Assembly: GCA_029261035.1 (NCBI GenBank)
Contig: JAJDCD010000023.1
Coordinates: 301,126 to 365,125 of the forward strand
DNA: 64,000 nt
DNA from: Candidatus Omnitrophota bacterium
GTDB lineage: Bacteria; Omnitrophota; Omnitrophia; Omnitrophales; JACROU01
Direction of reading: 5' to 3'
Shown: positions 47,769 to 57,485 of the stretch, in pieces
Layout: each line of letters starts with the position of its first letter
Position numbering within the stretch: position 1 is the first letter of the stretch
The notes under the pieces: generated by a model
The model's input: only the letters and a program-made list of their open reading frames with translations
What the model was told of the DNA's origin: nothing
Database searches by the model: none
Program-made: the position numbers and the translations under genes

Positions 47769-48066
47769 CGTCGTCGGAAATATTGTTCCCCGGGGCTCAG
47801 ACAGCACAAAAGTGACTGTCACCTAGGGTGACTGTCACTTTTGTGAACTCGCCGCGGGGAACAATATTTCCTCCTCCTAGATGTTTGATAATACGGCCTG
47901 GGGGTGTGGGGGTTGAAACAAGATGGGCATCGAGCCCATATTGTTTCCTGGGTTTATCGTATTTCGTTATTGTGTAAATAACGAAATGCTTGTTTGTTGT
48001 TAGCTCTATATAAGGTGTGCTTGGGATAAAGGCGTTTGTTAGAAGGTGGGGTTGTTTTAGGATTTA
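47769..48066 (-). other. Three-hairpin structured element, copy 5 (subtype B, with tail)
   Basis: ggaaatattgttccccg/cggggaacaatatttcc; gaaacaagatgggc-atcga-gcccatattgtttc; atttcgttatt-gtgta-aataacgaaat; tail. Confidence 0.9.
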
Positions 48067-48154
48067 GGGTCCCCCTATTTTATGGCGGACTCGCCTCTTG
48101 CGTGGAGGTTGGGACAAAAGCTGCTCTAGCGGGGTGTGATAGAATTGTGGGCCT

Positions 48155-49387
48155 ATGTCTAAGGTTAAACTTACACCATCTCAGAATAGAGGGTTCCGCC
48201 TTCTTTTGGATACACAGAAGAATCTGTTTATTACAGGAGGGCCTGGAACTGGAAAGAGTTTTTTGATTCGGGAATTTTTGAATCAAGCGAATGAGGCTAT
48301 TCCTGTTTTGGCGAGTACGGGTGCTGCGGCTATTTTGGTTGGAGGGCGTACTTTTCATAGTTATTTTGGTTTGGGGATTATGCAGGGAGGTCCGAGTGTG
48401 GTTTACAAAAAAGCCATTAAGGATCGACGTCTTAAAAAAAGACTGACCGATGTCTCCACATTAATTATTGATGAAGTGTCGATGTTGTCGTATGAAACTT
48501 TAGATTGCGCAGAAAAGATTGCTCGAACGCACAGAGCTTCAGATGATCCATGGGGAGGGATTCGTATTATCACGGTAGGAGATTTTGCTCAATTGCCTCC
48601 TATTGGAGACTGGGATGAGAAGGAGTGGGGATTTTTAGGGGACGCTTGGGAACGATCTCATTTTCATAAAGTTGAATTAAAAGAAGTAAAGCGCACGAAT
48701 GATAAACCTTTTTTAAAAATCCTCGAAGATATTCGGTGGGGAAAAATATCCGAACCTGTAGTACAGTTTTTGAATGAACGCGTTGTGAGTAATGAGGAAG
48801 TTGAAGTTGGGACGACTTATATTTTTCCTAGAAGAGCTGAGACACAAGCTTTTAATCATCAACGCTTGTCTGAAATTGAATATCCTACGCGTTCTTTTTC
48901 AACAGAGTATGCAGGAGATAAAAGGTATGTTAAACGATTGAAACAGGATGCTCCTATCCCAGAGGTTCTGGATCTGAAATTGACAGCGCGTATTATGTTT
49001 CGGATTAATGACCCCAAGCAAAGATTTGTTAATGGGACTATTGGCACTATTAGCGATATGACGGAAGATTCCGTTTGGGTGGATGTGCAGGGGCGAAGAA
49101 TTAAATTAGAACCTTTTACTTTTACGGTACAAAATGCGGATGGTGAAGAGGTTGCTTCAGCGAAAAACTTTCCTGTCATGTTAGCTTATGCAAGTACGAT
49201 TCATAAAATCCAAGGTACAACATTAGAAAAAGTGCATGTGAGTTTGGATTCTTTGTGGGAGCCAGGGCAAGCGTATGTTGCCTTAAGCCGAGCTCAGAGA
49301 GGCGAAGACATTACGCTTATGGGTTGGGATGAAAGATCTATTTTTGCCGATGAGGTTGTTCATGAATTTTACCAAGGAGAAAATTAA
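48155..49387 (+). CDS. Pif1-like SF1B DNA helicase
   Basis: ITGGPGTGKS, ASTGAAA, GGRTFHS, IIDEVSM, GDFAQLPP, VNG, FPVMLAYASTIHKIQG, GQAYVALSR. Confidence 0.9.
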   Translation: MSKVKLTPSQNRGFRLLLDTQKNLFITGGPGTGKSFLIREFLNQANEAIPVLASTGAAAILVGGRTFHSYFGLGIMQGGPSVVYKKAIKDRRLKKRLTDVSTLIIDEVSMLSYETLDCAEKIARTHRASDDPWGGIRIITVGDFAQLPPIGDWDEKEWGFLGDAWERSHFHKVELKEVKRTNDKPFLKILEDIRWGKISEPVVQFLNERVVSNEEVEVGTTYIFPRRAETQAFNHQRLSEIEYPTRSFSTEYAGDKRYVKRLKQDAPIPEVLDLKLTARIMFRINDPKQRFVNGTIGTISDMTEDSVWVDVQGRRIKLEPFTFTVQNADGEEVASAKNFPVMLAYASTIHKIQGTTLEKVHVSLDSLWEPGQAYVALSRAQRGEDITLMGWDERSIFADEVVHEFYQGEN

Positions 49388-49390
49388 ATC

Positions 49391-51214
49391 GTGGTACAGA
49401 CTTTAGATATTTTAAAAACAACATTTGGTTATGATACTTTTCGCCCTTTACAGCAAGAATGCATTGATCAGGTTTTGCAGAAAAAAGATACACTTCTGAT
49501 TATGCCTACAGGGGGTGGAAAGTCTTTGTGCTATCAAATTCCGGCGCTCATTTTTGAAGGAATGACCGTTGTGATTTCTCCTTTAATTTCTTTGATGAAA
49601 GATCAGGTTGGCCAATTGGAGCAAGTGGGAGTTGCAGCTGCTTTTTTAAACAGCACGTTAACACGTCAGCAGTATGGAATGACGATGGGGATGATTCGTA
49701 ATAGAGAAATTAAAATTTTATTTCTAGCTCCAGAGACTGTGATGAAACCCGATATTCAAGAGCTGATTACGTCGGTGCCTGTAGATTGTTTTACTGTGGA
49801 TGAAGCGCATTGTATTTCGGAATGGGGCCATGACTTTAGGCCAGAGTACCGAGAGCTTCATTGTATGCGGGAGATTTTACCTAATGCGGTTTGTTTGGCG
49901 ATGACGGCTACAGCAACGCCTCGAGTTCGTGAAGACATTAAGAAAAGTCTTCATATTCATAATCCAGAGTTTTTAGCGAGTTTTAATCGAACTAATTTAT
50001 TTTACGAAGTTATTCCTAAAGATAAACCCTTTAAACAAACAGTAGAGTTTATTAAACGTTATCCAGATCAGTCTGGAATTATTTACTGTTTTTCTAGAAA
50101 CCAAGTGGATACTTTGGCGGCTCTTTTAAAAGAGGAAGGGCTTTCTGTGCTTCCTTATCATGCTGGGATGTCGGATAAAGACCGTACCCGTAATCAAGAA
50201 CTGTTTATTCGAGACGATGTGCAGATTATGGTAGCGACGATAGCTTTTGGGATGGGTATTAATAAACCCAATGTCCGTTTTGTGATTCATTATGATTTGC
50301 CTAAAAATCCCGAGTCTTATTATCAGGAAACAGGAAGAGCAGGACGGGATGGTTTGAACTCTCACTGCCTTCTTTTGTTTGGGTACGCAGATATTTATAA
50401 GATTAAGTATATTAATGATCAAAAGCAGGACGAGTTAGAAAGAACGGTAGCGAGTCGACATTTGAGTGCTATCGTAGATTATGCAGAGTCTAAATTATGC
50501 CGACGCGTTCCTTTAATGAAGTATTTTGGGGAAGAGTATTTAGAAGAGAATTGTAAGCTTTGTGATAATTGTGTGAACCCGAGCGATCCCGAAGAAGATG
50601 TAACAGAAGCTGCTCAGAAATTTTTTTCGTGTGTGTTTAGAATGGGAGAGCGTTTTGGTATGAACCATGTGATCGATGTTCTCAGAGGCTCCGAATCGAA
50701 GAAGGTGATCCAGTTTCGTCATCACGAAATTAAAACCTATGGAATTGGAAAAGAGTTTTCAGCGAATCAGTGGAAGGCGCTTGTTCGTCAGTGGTTGCAT
50801 AAGGGAGTGATTAAACAAGATGATGAAATCTATGGTGTGATTAAATTAACCGAGCAAGCTTGGAATGTGATGCAAGGGAATGAAAAGATGGAAGGTTTTA
50901 TTCCTGCAGCTAAAGCAGAAAAACAGAGAAAAGAAGTTGCTGAAACTCGATCTGATTATGATAGGAAATTATTTCAACTCTTACGAGAGGAACGAAAGAG
51001 ACTTGCGGATAAAAAAGGAATTCCTCCTTATATGGTGTTCCCTGACAAAGCATTGATAGAGATGGCCAGTTATTATCCGCAGTCATATGAGACCTTCTCT
51101 AAGATTTTTGGGGTTGGAGCTAAAAAATTAGAACAATTTGGAAGCTTTTTCATTGAGTTGATCACAGAATATTGCGAAGAATATAAGCAAATGGATCGGT
51201 TGATTCATCCGTAG
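49391..51214 (+). CDS. recQ: ATP-dependent DNA helicase RecQ
   Basis: MPTGGGKSLCYQ, DEAHCISEWGHDFRP, ATIAFGMGI, QETGRAGRDG, Zn/RQC and HRDC domains. Confidence 0.97.
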   Translation: MVQTLDILKTTFGYDTFRPLQQECIDQVLQKKDTLLIMPTGGGKSLCYQIPALIFEGMTVVISPLISLMKDQVGQLEQVGVAAAFLNSTLTRQQYGMTMGMIRNREIKILFLAPETVMKPDIQELITSVPVDCFTVDEAHCISEWGHDFRPEYRELHCMREILPNAVCLAMTATATPRVREDIKKSLHIHNPEFLASFNRTNLFYEVIPKDKPFKQTVEFIKRYPDQSGIIYCFSRNQVDTLAALLKEEGLSVLPYHAGMSDKDRTRNQELFIRDDVQIMVATIAFGMGINKPNVRFVIHYDLPKNPESYYQETGRAGRDGLNSHCLLLFGYADIYKIKYINDQKQDELERTVASRHLSAIVDYAESKLCRRVPLMKYFGEEYLEENCKLCDNCVNPSDPEEDVTEAAQKFFSCVFRMGERFGMNHVIDVLRGSESKKVIQFRHHEIKTYGIGKEFSANQWKALVRQWLHKGVIKQDDEIYGVIKLTEQAWNVMQGNEKMEGFIPAAKAEKQRKEVAETRSDYDRKLFQLLREERKRLADKKGIPPYMVFPDKALIEMASYYPQSYETFSKIFGVGAKKLEQFGSFFIELITEYCEEYKQMDRLIHP

Positions 51215-51272
51215 TGACTGTCACTTTTAGGCAATGCAGTTTTGGAAGTATGTTGGCTTAGGGTAAAGTGTC

Positions 51273-51358
51273 TTAATGGGTACAGCTTACCCTTTGCCTA
51301 GGGGACACGCACTTTAGACATAGTTGCTGCGCAACAGTATCAAAAGTCCATGTCCCCG
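51273..51358 (+). repeat. GGGGACA...TGTCCCC repeat, copy 3
   Basis: ggtacagcttaccctttgcctaggggacacgcacttt..caaaagtccatgtcccc. Confidence 0.85.
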
Positions 51359-51366
51359 TCTTCTTC

Positions 51367-51395
51367 TTGACCCTCCTTGGGAGTCGGGATATACT
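51367..51395 (+). promoter_or_regulatory. Putative sigma70 promoter
   Basis: TTGACC-17 nt-TATACT upstream of the ATG at 51432. Confidence 0.55.
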
Positions 51396-51431
51396 CATAG
51401 GCTCACTTTTACACAATATGAGGTCCTAGCT

Positions 51432-52031
51432 ATGGCACAATTAACAAAACTATCCTTAGATAAATTTATTCAAGATTTGGCCAGTGATAAGCCTGCACCA
51501 GGAGGCGGAAGCGCTGCTGCTCTAAGCGGTTCTATGGGCGTCAGTTTGGTGTTAATGGTTTCTAAAATTAACGCAAGGCGCTTTAAGACGAAAAAAGAAA
51601 TTTCAAAAGCTAAAAGATTGACGGAAGCCGCTAAAAAATTACTGCCCCAATTTCAACAAATCATTAATGATGATGCAAAAATATATACGAAAGTATCAAA
51701 GAAGTACAAAACCTATTTTAGTTCTAAGTCTGAAGGAAAGAAAACAGCAGCACGTATTCTTTTAGATCAGGCCTTGGTTGAGGCGTTTCAGGTCCAAGCT
51801 ACTCTTGCTCTGCTTTCAGTCATGGCATTACGTGTGAACAAAGAATTATTTTCTATTGCCTCAGGAGCTATAAAAAATGATTTAAATGTTAGCAAAAGTC
51901 TTTTAAACGCTTGTTATGAAGGTGCTTACGCAACGTGTGAAGTTAATTATGATTGTGTTAAAGATAAAGAATACAAAAAACATCTCAAAGAAGAATTGAA
52001 GAGCTTGAAAAACGAAATCAAAATTATCTAA
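51432..52031 (+). CDS. Formiminotransferase-cyclodeaminase C-terminal / cyclohydrolase family protein
   Basis: FIQDLASDKPAPGGGSAAAL; start moved to ATG 51432 after GAGG. Confidence 0.85.
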   Translation: MAQLTKLSLDKFIQDLASDKPAPGGGSAAALSGSMGVSLVLMVSKINARRFKTKKEISKAKRLTEAAKKLLPQFQQIINDDAKIYTKVSKKYKTYFSSKSEGKKTAARILLDQALVEAFQVQATLALLSVMALRVNKELFSIASGAIKNDLNVSKSLLNACYEGAYATCEVNYDCVKDKEYKKHLKEELKSLKNEIKII

Positions 52032-52037
52032 AAAAAT

Positions 52038-52934
52038 ATGGAAAACAAAGGAATTTTCGTGACTCAATTACTTAAAGGTCAAGATATAGCAGGGAAAGTT
52101 CAGGAAGGGATCCGAAAGGACCTGTCTCGAATTCAAGAAGAGTTCGGAGAAAGGCCTAAGTTAGTTGCCCTTCAAGTGGGGGAGCAGCAAGCATCCCAAC
52201 TTTATGTAAAAAAGCAACATGATACTGCAGAAAATCTTGGTATTACTCACGAGCTTTTGCAATTAAAAACAGACATTACTCAAGAAGAGACGATTGAAAA
52301 AATTGATGAGTTGAATCATGATGATTCGGTTCATGCCATCATCATTCAGATGCCTTTGCCAGAACATATGAACTTAGAAAAAGTGTTGTCATCCATTCAC
52401 TATAAAAAAGATGCTGAAGGGGTTCATACAGATAATTTAGGACGATTGGTTTTGAAGAAAGCTAAGGTGGCACCTTGTACTGCTATTGCTGCTTTAGAAT
52501 TAATTAATTCTACGGGCGTTGATCTTTATGGTAAAGAAGCGGTTGTGGTAGGTTCTAGTAAAGTGATAGGACGTCCCGTTTCTCTTTTGTTGTTAGAGCA
52601 AATGGCGACCGTGACGGTTTGTCATTTAGGGACTTTCAAAAAAGGGGACTTGGAATCGCACGTAAGACGAGCGGAAGTTTTGGTTGTTGCTGTTGGAAAG
52701 GCCAATTTAATTCCGGGAGAGTGGATTAGAGAAGGTGCGATCGTTATCGATATTGGTATTAATCGAGTAGATGGAAAAACCGTTGGAGATGTTGATTTTG
52801 AGTCTGCAAAAGAAAAAGCTTCTTTTATTACCCCTGTTCCTGGCGGAGTCGGACCTCTAACCGTTACTATGTTGATGAGAAACGTTGTGAATGCTTATTT
52901 GTGGCAGAAAGGAAAAGAGACCGAAGATAGATAG
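52038..52934 (+). CDS. folD: Methylenetetrahydrofolate dehydrogenase / cyclohydrolase
   Basis: YVKK, IIIQMPLP, KDAEG, PCT, IDIGINR, TPVPGGVGPLT. Confidence 0.95.
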   Translation: MENKGIFVTQLLKGQDIAGKVQEGIRKDLSRIQEEFGERPKLVALQVGEQQASQLYVKKQHDTAENLGITHELLQLKTDITQEETIEKIDELNHDDSVHAIIIQMPLPEHMNLEKVLSSIHYKKDAEGVHTDNLGRLVLKKAKVAPCTAIAALELINSTGVDLYGKEAVVVGSSKVIGRPVSLLLLEQMATVTVCHLGTFKKGDLESHVRRAEVLVVAVGKANLIPGEWIREGAIVIDIGINRVDGKTVGDVDFESAKEKASFITPVPGGVGPLTVTMLMRNVVNAYLWQKGKETEDR

Positions 52935-52971
52935 CCTTTATTTAACTTCGAATGTTGTTCTCTGGATTGTT

Positions 52972-53766
52972 ATGAAACTCACCGTAAAAGATATTTTAGA
53001 TAAAAAAAAGAAGAAAGAAAAAATTGTTGTTCTTACAGCTTATGATGCGTTGTTTGCAAGCCTGCAAGAAGAGTGTGATGTTGATGTTTTGCTTGTGGGA
53101 GACTCTTTGGGCATGGTTCTTCTAGGACATTCTTCGACTGTTCCTGTAACCCTGAGAGATATGATTCACCACACTAAAGCAGTAAGCCGAGGTTCTAAAA
53201 ATAGTTTAATTGTTGCAGATATGCCTTATGGTGTTTGTGAACAAGGGCCTGAGCATACCGTGCGAAGTGCTCTTCGTTTGATTAAAGAAGGAGGAGCTCA
53301 CGCAGTTAAAATTGAGGGTGGGCAGGAGAAGAAAAAACAGATTCAGGCTTTGGCGGAGGCCGGAATTCCGGTGATGGGACATTTAGGTTTAACTCCTCAA
53401 TCTGTAGAAAAGTTAGGTGGATACCGGGTTCAAGGAAAGCAAGCGAAGGATGCTGCAAAAATAGAAAAAGATGCTTTGTTTTTAGAGAAGGCGGGGGCTT
53501 TCTCAATTGTTCTTGAATGTGTTCCTCGTCTTTTAGCAAAACGCATATCGAAGAAACTTAAAATTCCTACCATTGGTATTGGAGCAGGATCTGATTGTGA
53601 CGGGCAAGTTTTAGTGACACAGGACTTGTTGGGAATGGGTGAAAATAGTTGTTATCGATTTGTTAGACAATATACCAACCTACGAAAAACGATTAAAAAA
53701 TCTATTCAATCTTATGTCTCGGATGTAAGGTCTGGGAAATTCCCAAACGCAAAAGAAAGTTTTTAA
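52972..53766 (+). CDS. panB: 3-methyl-2-oxobutanoate hydroxymethyltransferase
   Basis: LTAYD, LVGDSLGM, ADMP, VKIEGG, GHLGLTPQS, IGIGAG..DGQVLV. Confidence 0.95.
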   Translation: MKLTVKDILDKKKKKEKIVVLTAYDALFASLQEECDVDVLLVGDSLGMVLLGHSSTVPVTLRDMIHHTKAVSRGSKNSLIVADMPYGVCEQGPEHTVRSALRLIKEGGAHAVKIEGGQEKKKQIQALAEAGIPVMGHLGLTPQSVEKLGGYRVQGKQAKDAAKIEKDALFLEKAGAFSIVLECVPRLLAKRISKKLKIPTIGIGAGSDCDGQVLVTQDLLGMGENSCYRFVRQYTNLRKTIKKSIQSYVSDVRSGKFPNAKESF

Positions 53767-53781
53767 AAAAGGAGTTCTATC

Positions 53782-54444
53782 ATGTACTTTCCTATTTTTT
53801 TAGATTTAAGATCTAAGGAAGTTTTGGTTATTGGAGGAGATGAAGAAGCGACTCGGAAGGCGGAATCCCTTGTTGAGGCGGGAGCAAGAGTTACTGTTTT
53901 ATCCAAAGCGCCTACCCCAAAGCTGGTTATTTTGTCGAAGAAGAAAGTGATCAAGCTCTTGAAGAAAGATGCTTTTGATACGATTATCAGTAAGTTTTTT
54001 CTTGTGATTGTTTCAACAAAAGATAAGAAGTTAAAAGAAAATGTCGCAAATTCTTGTTTCGAGAGAGATCAGTTGGTGAATGTCTTAGATGATCCTCAAT
54101 ATAGTAATTATATTTTTCCTTCCACCTTTAAAGAAGGGCCTCTTCAAGTAGCTGTTTCTACGGGTGGGGCGAGCCCTGCATTGGCGAAGCACATTCGAAA
54201 AAAGATTCAGAAAGAGTGGGGGAAGTCTTGGGGGAGTTTTCTGGGATTTATGCAGGATAACAGGAAGAAAGTGATGACGACGGTTAATGATCCTAAGTTG
54301 AGGAAGAAACTTTTTGAGAATGCTGGGAGTAAGAAGGTTGTTGAGTTTTTGAATAGTGGGAAGGTTCAGGCTGCTAAAGCAGAGTTTAAGAAGCAGTATG
54401 AGAAGTTGGTTAAGAAGGATTCTAAGGTTAAGAAGAAAAAGTAG
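53782..54444 (+). CDS. Precorrin-2 dehydrogenase / ferrochelatase (SirC/Met8/CysG N-terminal type)
   Basis: YFPIFLDL, VLVIGG, VNVLDDP, AVSTGGASPALA. Confidence 0.9.
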   Translation: MYFPIFLDLRSKEVLVIGGDEEATRKAESLVEAGARVTVLSKAPTPKLVILSKKKVIKLLKKDAFDTIISKFFLVIVSTKDKKLKENVANSCFERDQLVNVLDDPQYSNYIFPSTFKEGPLQVAVSTGGASPALAKHIRKKIQKEWGKSWGSFLGFMQDNRKKVMTTVNDPKLRKKLFENAGSKKVVEFLNSGKVQAAKAEFKKQYEKLVKKDSKVKKKK

Positions 54445-54455
54445 CGGTTGGTGGC

Positions 54456-54652
54456 GCCCTGGGGTTATTTCCCGCTGCTCAGACAGCACAAAAATTGAAG
54501 AACTATTTTTGTGAACTCGCCTCGGGAAATAACCCCAGGGCTTTTACAGAAAATTACTGGGTAGGTAAGAGTGGGCAAAACATGCGGGACATTGAGTCCC
54601 TTTGTTTTGAGTGGGTCCTTGATCTGTGGTGATCGTCACATGTGTGACGATC
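54456..54652 (-). other. Three-hairpin structured element, copy 6 (subtype A)
   Basis: gccctggggttatttcccg/cgggaaataaccccagggc; gggac-attga-gtccc; gatcgtcac-atgt-gtgacgatc. Confidence 0.9.
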
Positions 54653-54725
54653 CGTTGATTGGGGGATGTTGTTTTTACTAAAGACCAAAAGCTAAGAGCT
54701 AAAAACTACGAAAGAGGGAGTTGGA

Positions 54726-55292
54726 ATGCGAATCTTTATGCCGGTGTTATTTGTGCTGGTGGTTATTTTTATTGTTGTTTTGGGGGTTGTGAACTTTTTG
54801 GGGATGGACTCTTTGCAGTCGACGGAAGCTCAGAGTTATTTTCTTAAGGTTCATATTATTACTGCTTTTTTGGCGTATGGTAGTTTTGCCTTTTCATTTT
54901 TGGTGGGATTGATTTATTTGTTTCAAGATTGGCAATTGAAGAAAAGGTTGTTGAGTCAGATATTTCATCGCTTACCTTCTTTAGAAATTATGGAGAGATG
55001 GATTTTTAGAGGACTACTTTTTGGGTTGCCTATGTTAACCCTAGCGCTTGTTTCAGGATTTGTCTGGATGAATAGTGAGTTTGGAACATTTTGGATTTGG
55101 AATTCTAAAGTTATTTCTAGTGTTTTTGCGTGGGTTGTTTACAGTTTTTTATTTTATTTTCATTTCATATCGGCGCTTCACGGACGAAAAGTCATTTTTT
55201 TAAGTGTGTTTGCTTTTGTAACCATCCTTATTGTTTTTTTGGGGATGAATTTATTTGAATCTCAAATCAGAGAATATCTAACCATTAATTAA
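54726..55292 (+). CDS. CcsA/HemX-like cytochrome c assembly membrane protein
   Basis: HIITAFLAY, LPSLE, LVSGFVW, W..K; lies upstream of hemA. Confidence 0.8.
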   Translation: MRIFMPVLFVLVVIFIVVLGVVNFLGMDSLQSTEAQSYFLKVHIITAFLAYGSFAFSFLVGLIYLFQDWQLKKRLLSQIFHRLPSLEIMERWIFRGLLFGLPMLTLALVSGFVWMNSEFGTFWIWNSKVISSVFAWVVYSFLFYFHFISALHGRKVIFLSVFAFVTILIVFLGMNLFESQIREYLTIN

Positions 55293-55300
55293 TCTGACTT

Positions 55301-56584
55301 ATGACTATCCTTACAATTGGTTTAAATCACAAATTATGTCCTGTTGCCGTAAGAGAGCAGTTAGCTTTTTCTAAAACGGATTGCGTAGAAGCGTTGAAAG
55401 CAATGAAAGAAAATGTTTCTGCAACAGAGATCTTTTTGCTTTCAACTTGCAATCGGGTTGAAGCTTTGTTTGTTACTTCAGAGCCGTTTCAAGCAAAGAA
55501 AGATTTTGTCCAATTTCTTTCTCAATTTCATCAGATCCAATCGGATCAATTTGAATCTTATTTATATGAACATAAAGACGAAGCTGCGGTGAAGCACTTA
55601 TTTAAAGTGGTTTGCGGTCTCGACTCTCTTGTTTTGGGAGAGAACGAGATTCATGGCCAAGTTAAAGAGTCTTATCAGTGGTCCCAAGAGGCAAAAACCG
55701 TAGGGCCTTTATTGGGCCGTTTGATTGAGAAAGCCTTTCAAATTGCGAAACAAATTAAAACGGAAACGAAAATTAATGAAGGAGCTACAAGTGTCTCATC
55801 TGTAGCTGTTGAGTTGGCCGAAAAAATCTTTGGACGGCTGCATGGAGAAAAGGTTTTGGTCTTGGGAACTGGAGAAATGAGTGAGTTAACGCTTAAGCAT
55901 TTAATGTCATCCGGAGCAGGAGCTGTTGTCGTGGCTAATAGAACCTTTGAAAAGGCGGAGCGTCTTGCAAGTCAATTTGGAGCACAGGCCATTCGTTTTG
56001 ACGACTTTCTATCGCATTTGGAGGAGGTGGATATCGTTATCTCTTCAACGGCAGCACCACAGCCTATTTTGAGCCATAAAGATATTTCTGAAGTGATGAG
56101 ATCAAGAAAGCAAAAGCCTTTATTTTTAATTGATATAGCTGTTCCTCGAGATATTGATTCTGAAGTGTCTCAGGTAGATGATGTTTATCTTTATAATATT
56201 GACGATTTAACCGTGGTAGCAGAGTCGAATCTGAAGAAACGAAAAAAAGAAATTTCTCAATGTGAAGTTGTAATAGATCAGAAAGTAGAAGCCTTTTTTA
56301 GCTGGCTTCATTCTTTGGATGTGGGCCCTGTTGTTGAACGGTTAAAAGAGTATATTGAAGATTGTCTAAGAGAAGAAATGCACGATTCAGGAATAGATAA
56401 AAATTTAAGCCAAGAAGAATTGGATCAAGTTATCCATCGTCTTCGAGGAAAAATTATGCATGCTCCTCTAACGCAGTTAAAAAAGGCCGCTCAAAATGGA
56501 GGGGCTTTTCGTTATTTGGAGTCCTTAGAAAAATTATTTAATTTAAAAAAACCTGAAAAAGAGAGTTTAAAAGATGAAGCGTAA
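55301..56584 (+). CDS. hemA: Glutamyl-tRNA reductase
   Basis: GLNHK, LSTCNRVE, GLDSLVLGE, GTGEM, DIAVPRD. Confidence 0.97.
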   Translation: MTILTIGLNHKLCPVAVREQLAFSKTDCVEALKAMKENVSATEIFLLSTCNRVEALFVTSEPFQAKKDFVQFLSQFHQIQSDQFESYLYEHKDEAAVKHLFKVVCGLDSLVLGENEIHGQVKESYQWSQEAKTVGPLLGRLIEKAFQIAKQIKTETKINEGATSVSSVAVELAEKIFGRLHGEKVLVLGTGEMSELTLKHLMSSGAGAVVVANRTFEKAERLASQFGAQAIRFDDFLSHLEEVDIVISSTAAPQPILSHKDISEVMRSRKQKPLFLIDIAVPRDIDSEVSQVDDVYLYNIDDLTVVAESNLKKRKKEISQCEVVIDQKVEAFFSWLHSLDVGPVVERLKEYIEDCLREEMHDSGIDKNLSQEELDQVIHRLRGKIMHAPLTQLKKAAQNGGAFRYLESLEKLFNLKKPEKESLKDEA

Positions 56585-57485
56585 TATTTGTATAGGAACA
56601 AGAGGAAGTCGTTTGGCTCTTTATCAAGCAGAACAAGTCAAACAAGCTTTGAATCATGTTTCTCCTGACCTTTCCATCGAAATTAAGGTTATTAAAACGG
56701 AGGGGGATGAGCGGTTGGATTTGCCTCTACCTTCTTTTGGAGGCAAGGGTGTTTTTACAAAGGCAATTGAAGATGGTTTGTTGGATCGGTCTATTGATTT
56801 AGCTGTTCATAGCTCTAAGGATATGGCTACCGTATTGCCGGAAGGTTTAGGGTTGATGGCCGTCCTTAAAAGAGAAGATCCTCGCGATTGTTTTCTAAGC
56901 ACGAGCCAACAAAAAATTTCGGAATTAAAAGCAGGAGCTCGTATCGGAACTTCCAGCGTCAGACGCACTGCTCAATTGAAACGCTTTCGTTCCGACTTGG
57001 AAATCTGTGATGTGCGAGGCAATGTTGAAACACGTATCCAAAAAATGAAAGATGGGGAGTATGACGGTTTGATGATGGCGACTTCAGGTGTTCGGCGTTT
57101 AGGTTTAGAAGAGCATATAACACAAATTTTAGAAGCGCAGTTTTTTATACCAGCATGTGCGCAAGGGGCTATTGGTATTGAAGCACGTTTGGATGATCCA
57201 GAGGTTGTAGAGTTATGCGCTTTGATTAATGATGAAAATACAGAAATTCAAGTAGATGCAGAACGGATGTTTCTTTATGTGTTAGAGGGGGGTTGTCAGA
57301 TTCCTTGTGGTTGTTTATCGGAAGTGAAGGGCAATCAATTTGAGATTAGAGCAGGGGTATGGTCTAAAGACGGAAAACAAGAGATTCTTCTTTCTAGACA
57401 AGGGGTTGTCGGAGAAGCTCTGGACTTAGCAAAATCGCTCGGAGAAGAAATGTTGAGAAACGGCGCAAAAGAGTTAATGAGATAA
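56574..57485 (+). CDS. hemC: Porphobilinogen deaminase
   Basis: GTRGSRLA, GKGVFTK, AVHSSKD, GTSSVRR, RGNV, GGCQIP. Confidence 0.97.
   Translation: MKRNICIGTRGSRLALYQAEQVKQALNHVSPDLSIEIKVIKTEGDERLDLPLPSFGGKGVFTKAIEDGLLDRSIDLAVHSSKDMATVLPEGLGLMAVLKREDPRDCFLSTSQQKISELKAGARIGTSSVRRTAQLKRFRSDLEICDVRGNVETRIQKMKDGEYDGLMMATSGVRRLGLEEHITQILEAQFFIPACAQGAIGIEARLDDPEVVELCALINDENTEIQVDAERMFLYVLEGGCQIPCGCLSEVKGNQFEIRAGVWSKDGKQEILLSRQGVVGEALDLAKSLGEEMLRNGAKELMR

Noticed and set aside
54085-54489. 134-aa antisense ORF over sirC (also 34486-34821 and 40154-40432)
   Set aside because: Shadow ORFs opposite well-supported genes, favoured by the local compositional skew.
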